Source of the DNA: Octopus sinensis
Lineage: Eukaryota
Assembly (NCBI RefSeq): GCF_006345805.1
Contig: NW_021829223.1
Location: 1-6,815, forward strand
Direction: 5' to 3'
Length of the DNA stretch: 6,815 nucleotides
Shown: in pieces, positions 1-6,815 of the stretch
Layout: each line of letters starts with the position of its first letter
How positions within the stretch are numbered: the first letter of the stretch is position 1
Translations under genes and position numbers: made by a program
The notes under the pieces: model-generated
Database searches by the model: none
What the model was told of the DNA's origin: nothing
What the model saw: only the letters and a program-made list of their open reading frames with translations

Positions 1-170
1 GACGCATAAATTTAATGGTTATCGACAATTTTTTTGTTTCGGCGTATCTGGCATTAGAATTTTTCTTCTGCCCTTATCTTGTAAATTATGTATAAATTTT
101 ACCTTTAAAGGCATTTTTTGATATGCTGGCCATTGATAAAAATTTTTTCCCGAAAATATTTTATCTTATA

Positions 171-173
<3 letters not shown>

Positions 174-212
<39 letters not shown>
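174..212. repeat. (TA)n microsatellite
   Basis: Perfect TA run directly abutting the 3' end of the minus-strand SINE. Confidence 0.97.
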
Positions 213-213
<1 letters not shown>

Positions 214-214
<1 letters not shown>

Positions 215-521
215 TGTAAAATCCCCTTCCGTCATGAAGTTCCCCTCCGAGGCACAAGTCCTGGCAATGTTGTTTATGGAAGACTAACAACCGTCCATGC
301 ATGCCAGCCTCCTGTCTCCATGCCACCGATGTTATCCAAGGGAAAGGCAATGGCCGATACAACTTGGCACCAGTGGCGTCGCAACTCATTTCTACAGCTG
401 AGTGAACTGAGCAAAGTAAAATAAAGTATCTTGCTCAAGAACACAACACAAAGCCCAATCCAAGAATCGAACTCACTACCTCAATGATTGTGAGCCCGAT
501 ACTCGAACCACTGAGTCATTC

Positions 522-524
<3 letters not shown>
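214..524 (-). mobile_element. tRNA-derived SINE with CORE-like central domain (octopus-type)
   Basis: The reverse complement starts GGCGAATGACTCAGTGGTT. A box TGACTCAGTGG lies at 518-508 and B box GAGTTCGATTC at 474-464. Then TGTGTTGTGTTCTTGAGCAAGATACTTTA...CTCAGTTCACTCAGCTGTAGAAATGAG (450-385) resembles the MIR/CORE domain TGTGTGACCTTGGGCAAGTTACTTAA...CTCAGTTTCCTCATCTGTAAAATGG. The exact family name is not assigned. Confidence 0.85.
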
Positions 525-571
<47 letters not shown>

Positions 572-624
572 TACATATATTATATATATATATATCATAT
601 AACATATATATATATATAATATAT

Positions 625-667
<43 letters not shown>

Positions 668-670
668 TAC

Positions 671-739
<69 letters not shown>

Positions 740-741
740 CA
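525..741. repeat. Imperfect (TA)n/(TACA) microsatellite, about 215 bp
   Basis: TA dinucleotide array with CA and TAA interruptions. It is the source of the YI-repeat ORFs. Confidence 0.97.
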
Positions 742-1214
742 TTACATTTCATATTCAACTCACCAACATTCAGAAATTCAACTAACACATTTCGTAAACA
801 CCCCCGAACAAATAATAAAATTAAAAAATAACTTGAACCACCTGCATTCAGCCTACAACAGGACGCGAAAATGCAACTTCCACTTTAAAGAGTGTGCCCA
901 ACCAACAGTAACTGTCCAATCCAGAAGAATGAGTTTTACATTCAACTAGTGTCACGTGTAACATTAACTGGAACAGAATTGAAAATCTAGGAATAACTGC
1001 TAACTTATTAAAGAACAAACTGCGTATGTTCATGATGACTTATTTAGAACATAGCAAATAAGATTCAACACAAAATTAGCAATATATGCCACTTTGAACA
1101 CTGAAATCCGAAATCAAAGCATAAACACAAATACTTAATTTCTTCATGACCTCATATGCGCAGATACCTCTTTACATACCAAAGCAGCATTTGAATAAGA
1201 GTAACATTAAATCC

Positions 1215-1823
1215 CAATAGAAAATTATATTTTCTTCTTTTTCTTTCTTGTAATCTCTTTTCAAATAATATCCCTTGCTCAAATTAGTAATAACACCTGG
1301 GTGACCTCCGATTTACAGGAATTTTCTGTAGCTCTCCCAAATATTGACTAAATCACAAAATCAGAGTGAAGCAAATCATTTTTAGAAACCCACAAAGGAC
1401 AAAGCTTGTATTTGTTTTTCTTACCTTTCCTTTTCATCCATCTTCAAATAATATTTCACGCCTGACCTAATAATAGCACGAATGGCTTTATCTATACAGT
1501 AATTCCTTGTGGTTTTCCCAATTAAATGTATATTGATTAATTCGATAAATCAGATTATTTCTTAGATCTAGAATCTACAAAGGACAAAAATTCTGCTTCT
1601 TTTCCGTTTCCTTTCTTTTTGTCGCTTTTCAAGTAATATTTCACACCTGAGCTAGTAATAACGCCGAAATGACCTCAACTACACGAAAATCACCACGCCT
1701 CTCCCAAATATATGCACATACAAGCAATTCAATAATTCAGGCAATTTCTTTGCTCCACCGAGATGATCTAGATTTCAAAAAACTATAATGGACAAAAATT
1801 CCTCTCTTTTTAACTTCCTTTTT
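1215..1823. repeat. Diverged tandem repeat, about 185-bp unit, about 3.3 copies
   Basis: Collinear anchors recur: TTCAARTAATAT at 1260/1443/1628, TARTAATARC shortly after each, TCCCAA at 1335/1516/1702 and GGACAAA at 1397/1582/1790. Confidence 0.8.
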
Positions 1824-1849
1824 GACAAACCCAACCATAAACCGTTTCC

Positions 1850-2210
1850 GCAGACATGCATACACACAAACACAAATACATATCAAGTCGCTCAAACGAG
1901 CATGTAAACGCAAATAAAACGACCCGTGAAAACACATGCCATAAATCAAATAGATACTCAAGGAAACACATACACACACAATGCTCACACAACACAACAC
2001 AGACGCGTGTACACGTGCAAACACACACATACACAAAGACACACACACAAACACACACACACACACACAAATCTTAATAGATACACAGACACACTCGTCA
2101 AACCGTTGAACTGAGCAAAGAGACGCAAACAAACACACAAGCAGACAAGCACACATGCATACACAGACAGACACACATGGATATCAAACCCTTCAAACGA
2201 GCACAAGATC
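1850..2210. repeat. Degenerate (CA)-rich low-complexity region
   Basis: Interrupted CA runs with the purest part at about 2040-2069. The motif CATGCATACACA...ATATCAA..C..TCAAACGAGCA recurs near 1855-1902 and 2154-2203. Confidence 0.85.
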
Positions 2211-2219
2211 ATATAGTTT

Positions 2220-2305
2220 CAATAAGCACACATTCATACACAGGTAGGTACCTAACAACCACAATAAGCACACGTTCATAAAGAGATAGATACCTAAGAG
2301 CCACA
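2220..2305. repeat. 42-bp tandem duplication (2 diverged copies)
   Basis: CAATAAGCACACATTCATACACAGGTAGGTACCTAACAACCA followed by CAATAAGCACACGTTCATAAAGAGATAGATACCTAAGAGCCA. Confidence 0.85.
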
Positions 2306-2548
2306 ACAGTTACGATTCGTATTTAAAACGTGGGTTGCTTCTTTATTTTCTTAAAAATCAATCAATGATTATGGAAAATTGAATTTTACATTACATTACC
2401 TGAAGAGCCATGTTATGAGGAAACCAGAAGCTTTAGGACAAAGTGCAATAGTTAGCCATTAATAGAATTTTTTTTTAGTACTCTGTAAAATCACAGAATT
2501 CGCTTTTACTCCTAATCCCTACATATCCATGTATGTAGGTGTATGAAG

Positions 2549-2710
2549 TATATATACACAAACATATATATATATAAAGATATATATACTTAGACATATA
2601 TAGAGAGAGTGAAAGAAAGAGGGAGAGGACGATATAGGAATATATTTACCCATATAATATATATATATATGTATACATACATACATACATATATATATGT
2701 GTGTGTGTGA

Positions 2711-2758
<48 letters not shown>
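2549..2758. repeat. Compound microsatellite (TA)n-(GA)-(TACA)n-(TG)n
   Basis: Visible dinucleotide and tetranucleotide runs, with a long (TG)n at about 2698-2758. Confidence 0.93.
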
Positions 2759-2760
<2 letters not shown>

Positions 2761-2797
2761 GTACTGTAAGTTTAGAGGGAATACTTGATAAGTGTAA

Positions 2798-2908
2798 GCT
2801 TAGCGGTACTTCGTCTGCCGTTACGTTCTGAGTTCAAATTCCGCCGAGGTCGACTTTGCCTTTCATCCTTTCAGGGTCGATAAATAAAGTACCAATTATG
2901 CACTGGGG
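2798..2908 (+). mobile_element. SINE type 2, copy 1 (truncated at both ends)
   Basis: Near-identical to 2962-3065 (AGCGGTAYTTCGTCTGC...GAGTTCAAATTCCGCCGAGGTCGACTTTGCCTTTCATCCTTTC...GCACTGGGG). It has a B box but no A-box head. Confidence 0.9.
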
Positions 2909-2918
2909 AAAACAATAA

Positions 2919-3144
2919 GGTGGCGAGCTGGCAGAAATGTTCGTTCACTGGGCGAAATGTAAGCGGTATTTCGTCTGCGTTACATTGTGAGTTCAAATTC
3001 CGCCGAGGTCGACTTTGCCTTTCATCCTTTCGGGTCGATAAATTAGTACCAGTTACGCACTGGGGTTGTGTAATCGACTTAATACCTATGTCTGTCCTTG
3101 TTTGTCCCCTCTGTGTTTAGCCCCTTGTGGGTAATAAAGAAATA
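2919..3144 (+). mobile_element. tRNA-derived SINE type 2, copy 2 (apparently full length)
   Basis: Head GGTGGCGAGCTGGCAGAAATG is A-box-like. B box GAGTTCAAATTC lies at 2989-3000, followed by a conserved body and the A-rich tail AATAAAGAAATA. It matches my recollection of an abundant Octopus SINE. Confidence 0.9.
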
Positions 3145-3334
3145 GGTATTTCGTCTGTCGCTACGTTCTGAGTTCAAATTCCGCCGAGGTCGACTTTGCC
3201 TTTCATCCTTTCGGGGTCGATAAGTTAAGTACTAGTTATGCACTGGGGTCGATATAATCGCCTTAATCCCTTTCTCTGTCCTTGTTTGTCCCCTCCATGT
3301 TTAGCCCCTTGTGGGCAATAAAGAAATAAGAAAT
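3145..3334 (+). mobile_element. SINE type 2, copy 3 (5'-truncated, fused to the tail of copy 2)
   Basis: Begins GGTATTTCGTCTG immediately after the tail of copy 2, repeats the body and ends AATAAAGAAATAAGAAAT. Confidence 0.9.
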
Positions 3335-3372
3335 GGAAAATAACAAAAGCCATCTTATTTTTTCTCGACTCC

Positions 3373-3456
3373 AAGAGATTGGAAGGTAGTTGGTGCAGTA
3401 GGTTTATAAAAGCAAAGAAATTGGAAGGTAGTTGGTGCAGTGGGTATATAAAAGCA
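3373..3456. repeat. 42-bp tandem duplication (2 near-identical copies)
   Basis: AAGAGATTGGAAGGTAGTTGGTGCAGTAGGTTTATAAAAGCA followed by AAGAAATTGGAAGGTAGTTGGTGCAGTGGGTATATAAAAGCA, with 3 mismatches. Confidence 0.93.
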
Positions 3457-3744
3457 CTTCTAGCAGCACTTTTCATGCTTTACTTTAAATTTATGTTCCT
3501 CCTTTTTCCTCTCATTCTTTTCTTCTTTATTTGTTAGATCTTGAACTATCCCCACCCCACCCCCAGTTTATGTATTAACTCTTGAGTGATCGTTAATTTT
3601 CTTCTCAAAATAACCGGTCGTTTAGTGTTTGAGAATTTAGAATTTTGATTTTGTCAGCGTTGACGTTTATATTTATTCCACTGTAATCCTTTATCCCCAA
3701 TGTTTCTGTCTTGTTTTGATTTTTTTTTTTTTACTATTATGCAG

Positions 3745-3777
3745 GTTGACATGATATCAGATGGGTTCTACACTGAG
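3745..3777 (+). CDS. Candidate 33-nt internal coding micro-exon (phase 0-0), VDMISDGFYTE, host gene unknown
   Basis: A long T-rich polypyrimidine tract (about 3701-3732) and a TGCAG acceptor precede it, and the donor is GAG|GTATGG. The length is divisible by 3 and only phase 0 is open, since both other frames hit TGA at once. The protein is not recognised. Confidence 0.55.
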
Positions 3778-4627
3778 GTATGGTGAGATCCAAATAAAAG
3801 GGTCTTAAATTAGACAAAACTTGTTAATGTTGAAATAGTGCAAAAATGAAATACAAGAGTGAACTATAAAAATGCAGACAGAACAACATTTGAAGATTTA
3901 TCTTGTATTTGTTAAATATTTAGGAGTTAAGGAGACTTTTATATTTCACTTTGCATTTTTTAGGTTTTAAACAAAATTTCTCTTATTTAATATCACACAA
4001 TCCTTCAGCCAAGAAACTCTGTAAAAGTGTATCGGATATCTCTGGATGATTAGTTCCCATGGGACATATTATTTGGCAGTTCAGTTCAACTGTACTCTTT
4101 GCGGACCAGTTTAATTGTTCCAAGTGCAGAGATTAAGTCCTCCGTCAACAGAATAGAGTCCGCGTATGGGTTTTTCTTTTCCCTTTTTCTTTTTCTTTTT
4201 TCATATATATATATATATTTTGCGTTCATAACCGCTTCATTTACTTCTCTAAATCCTAACATCCATGTGAAATATGCCAGCATTCCGAGAGTTCAGAACT
4301 AATTAGGAATTCATTATGAAACAGTGTAGCCAGTACACATTTATTGACGTCTTTGAAGAGTTCACGGCGTTGAACATTTATTCGGTTTCTCAAACAAGAC
4401 AAGTACAATGAACAGTTTATTTTTCTTTTTTTCTTCTGAATGAGTGAACGAGTGAATGAACTAACCAGCGTTTATTAAAGTGTTGTTGGTATTCACAGGC
4501 AACGAAATATCTGTGCAAAAGTAGATGAGGCTGGGTTGAAAAAGGTGGGATATTGGTTCGGATCCTATTGTATGCCCTGCATTATAATCAACTAACTCAG
4601 CATTTTTCAAAATGGCATATTTGAAAT

Positions 4628-4634
4628 TTTCTTC

Positions 4635-4673
<39 letters not shown>

Positions 4674-4696
4674 CTCTCTTCCACCCTTTCCCTCTC
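4628..4696. repeat. (TC)n microsatellite / polypyrimidine tract
   Basis: Perfect TC run at about 4641-4670 with pyrimidine-rich flanks. Confidence 0.95.
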
Positions 4697-4768
4697 ACAT
4701 CCACATACATACATAGACACAAGAAGCAGCTCAACGCATTAATTTTTTTTAATACCTAAAAAATATAA

Positions 4769-4806
4769 ATGGCGTCTGTCTAATGACTGAAACAAGTACA
4801 AGAATA
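4769..4806 (+). mobile_element. Isolated 3'-tail fragment of SINE type 3 or of its partner LINE
   Basis: ATGGCGTCTGTCTAATGACTGAAACAAGTACAAGAATA aligns to ATGGTTACAGTCAAATGGCTGAAACAAGTAAAAGAGTA at 5862-5899. Confidence 0.7.
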
Positions 4807-4827
4807 TATATAATATATATTATAGAT

Positions 4828-4896
<69 letters not shown>

Positions 4897-4942
4897 GGGT
4901 GTGTGTGTATGTGTGTGTGTGGTGTGTGTACGAGTATATATA
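4804..4942. repeat. Compound (TA)n + (TG)n microsatellite
   Basis: TA array at 4804-4861 followed by a TG array at 4864-4929. Confidence 0.96.
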
Positions 4943-4945
4943 GCA

Positions 4946-5415
4946 AGAAGAAGGATCAAAGTCCTTCAACCATAGGTTCATAAGGCCGATTTCTCTGATT
5001 CTGTGGTGTATATTCATTTTCATCAAACTAATCTTTGCAGTATCTAATTGGACAGTCAAGTATGTCAGCTACAGGTGTATACATAGTCCCTTTCAGGGAA
5101 ACCCAGCAGCTCTTTATGTCGACAGGATTTAAGGAAGTTTTGTTTAGTTTTTCAGGAATGGTTTCACAATAAAGACTTTTTGAAACGATGCTGATATAAG
5201 ATAACTACCCTCGGATTATTTGGTAGTGGCCTGCTCTAAGGGTGTCTCTAGCTTCTAAATTTCAACTTTACTAACACTGGTCCTATGACCAGTACTGCGT
5301 CCAGCTAAACACACGGATCTTGCTAAGTGCACGTCACTGTCTCACAAATATGTTGACCCGACGCATCTCTGGATGCATCTTTGTTTGAACAAAAATGCAT
5401 GCAAAGTGTTCTGTA
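4946..5415 (-). mobile_element. Decayed RTE-clade LINE ORF, part 2 (C-terminal APE endonuclease and linker)
   Basis: Manual minus-strand translation gives collinear RTE motifs: YRTLCMHFCSNK (cf. KTSWMHPRSK), DVHLARSVCLAGRSTGHRTSVSKV (cf. DVRVTRAMCGADCWTDHRLIVSKL), DIKSCWVSLKGTMY...ILDCPIRYCKD*FDENE (cf. W..LK..I....LG...RKHQDWFDEND, with TGG>TAG at 5030-5028) and WLKDFDPSS. It carries stops and frameshifts. Reference motifs are from memory. Confidence 0.8.
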
Positions 5416-5625
5416 GGCGTAGGAGTGGCTGTGTATAGGCGTAGGAATGGATGTGTATAGTCGTAGGAGTGGTTGTGTGGTAAGTAGCTTGCTTACCAAC
5501 TACATGGTTCCGGGTTCAGTGTCCTACTGCGTGGATACTTGGGCAAGTGTCTTCTACTATAGCCTCGGGCCGACCAAAGCTTTGTTAGTGGATTTGGTAG
5601 GCGAAACTGAAAGAAGCCCATCGTA

Positions 5626-5677
<52 letters not shown>

Positions 5678-5905
5678 CATATGTGTGTGTGTGTGTTTGT
5701 TGTGTGTCTGTTTGTCCTCCCAACATCGCTTGACAACCGATCTGTGTGGTTTACGTCCCCGTAGCTTAGCGGTTCGGCAAAAGAGACTGATAGAATAAGT
5801 ACTAGGTTTACAAAGAATAAGTCCTGGGATCGATTTTCTCGACTAAACGCGGTGCTCCAGCATGGTTACAGTCAAATGGCTGAAACAAGTAAAAGAGTAA
5901 AAGAA
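5416..5905 (+). mobile_element. tRNA-derived SINE type 3 with internal microsatellite and triplicated 5' head
   Basis: Head GGCGTAGGAGTGGCTGTGT(GG) is A-box-like. A B-box-like GGGTTCAGT lies at 5512-5520 and a CORE-like CTTGGGCAAGTGTCTT at about 5538-5553. Internal (TA)n(TG)n spans 5624-5697 and the tail is (GTAAAAGA)x2. It matches my recollection of an abundant Octopus SINE. Confidence 0.88.
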
Positions 5906-5909
5906 TATA

Positions 5910-6250
5910 AGTTCGTGATTATTATAAAGTGTGAGTTCGTGTTTATTACAAAGAGATTGTGTTGAGCACATTTTTTTTTAAAAGAGGGGAATGCTACTAT
6001 AATAAAAATTCACTTCATGGTCGCTTTACTAATGACATGAGACCATTCAGTTTTGTTTAACCCCGCTCTGACACTGAATTCGCCAAGCTAAAATAACTGA
6101 TCTGAAGATTGCACAGCTGAAATCATGGATTCAAGGTCACAGTAAAACTGGTCCCTAATTTCGCTTGAATTGGTCATGATGGAAGCATATGCAGAGTTCC
6201 ACGTGCATTCGTGTGTGTGTGTGTGCATGATTAATGGCATGCTTGCATTT
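5910..6250 (-). mobile_element. Decayed RTE-clade LINE ORF, part 1 (APE endonuclease core)
   Basis: Minus translation reads SAYASIMTNSSEIRDQFYCDLESMISAVQSSDQLF*LGEFSVRAGLNKTEWSHVISK...CAQHNLFVINT, matching the RTE APE pattern SAYAPTMTN..E.KD.FY.DL...I..VP..DKL..LGDFNARVG.....W..VIG.....CAEH.L.ITNT. There is a stop at 6090-6088 and the catalytic GDFN is mutated to GEFS. The upstream boundary is uncertain and may reach about 6520. Confidence 0.87.
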
Positions 6251-6599
6251 CGTTTTAATGAAGCAAAGAAGAAATAAATAATTTTCATCTCCAAAAGCTT
6301 CAAATTTGGCTGGAGCATGGTAACTGGGACAATTGGTGCGGTAACAATACGCCGTCATGCCAGTTTGAAGCCATGATACTGATCCAACACCTTTACGGAT
6401 TTGTACAGAAGCTAGCCAGGTTAGAATTAGTTTCATGCTTTCGCGATGAGACACTGGAGAGACATTATGAACATCATATGGAAAGGGAGGGTCAGTAAAA
6501 ACCTTCGTTCTTGAGTATGCCAAGTCTCAAAACAGTTAAGAGATATGGGTGTAGTGAAACATCTGAGGGTTAAGATATGGCCATAGAATTGAGGAATAT

Positions 6600-6810
6600 G
6601 ATGAGAAGAAAGATGAGAAAACAGACAAGGAGGGGGAAGAGAAGCGAGAGGAAGAGGGCAGGAGGAGAGGGCAGGGCAGGAGGGACAGAGGAGGGTAGGA
6701 GGGAGAGAGGTGGGCAAGAGGGAGAGAGGTGAGCAGGAGGGAGAAGGAGGAGAGGAGAGGAAGGGTGGAGATGAAGGGAGAGGAGGAGGAAAGGATAACT
6801 GATGGGAGAG
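6600..6810. repeat. Purine-rich (GGA/GA) low-complexity tract
   Basis: Almost exclusively G and A on the plus strand, with many GGG/GGAG units. Confidence 0.92.
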
Positions 6811-6815
6811 TATAT

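Noticed and set aside
455-524. tRNA gene suggested by A and B boxes
   Set aside because: I could not form a complete cloverleaf or acceptor stem, and the sequence continues into a CORE-like SINE body.
476-788. YI-repeat ORFs on both strands (also those at 4749-5059 and 5447-5764)
   Set aside because: They are translations of (TA)n/(TG)n microsatellites and SINE sequence, which are stop-poor by composition.
848-1033. 61-aa minus-strand ORF or possible exon in unique sequence
   Set aside because: No recognisable motif and no strong splice-site pair. The length is within chance expectation.
1420-1475. Minus-strand mini-exon ending at AAG|GTAAGA within the 185-bp repeat
   Set aside because: The acceptor is weak, and the donor is not retained in the neighbouring repeat units.
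1737-2212. Five overlapping Cys/Val- or His/Thr-rich ORFs
   Set aside because: They are artefacts of the degenerate (CA)n region and not metallothionein-like or His-rich proteins.
2798-3334. CRISPR-like array of recurring ~45-bp identical blocks with palindromic GTCGAC
   Set aside because: The intervening sequences are also homologous to each other, there are no cas genes and the context is eukaryotic. These are tandem SINE copies.
6155-6717. 122-aa and 94-aa minus-strand ORFs, and a plus-strand open frame at 6298-6498, as host genes
   Set aside because: No recognisable domain. They overlap the probable 5' part of the decayed LINE, a (TG)n run and the polypurine tract.

Overview
AT-rich, microsatellite-dense eukaryotic non-coding DNA, most likely a large intron of an octopus (cephalopod) genome. 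The organism is inferred from my recollection of the SINE sequences and the repeat density, not from a search. Almost all ORFs in the supplied track are artefacts of (TA)n, (CA)n or GA-rich repeats. The real content is: (1) three types of tRNA-derived SINE, namely a CORE-like copy on the minus strand at 214-524, a head-to-tail cluster of three copies at 2798-3334, and a microsatellite-containing copy at 5416-5905 with an isolated tail fragment at 4769-4806; (2) a decayed RTE-clade LINE ORF (APE endonuclease plus linker) on the minus strand at about 4946-6250, split by the 5416-5905 SINE and largely invisible in the ORF track; (3) a candidate 33-nt frame-preserving micro-exon on the plus strand at 3745-3777 (VDMISDGFYTE); (4) an old ~185-bp tandem repeat, several short tandem duplications and a polypurine tract. 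I see no convincing evidence of a wholly new biological system. The micro-exon, the nested SINE-in-LINE and a module shared between two SINE families are the best leads.
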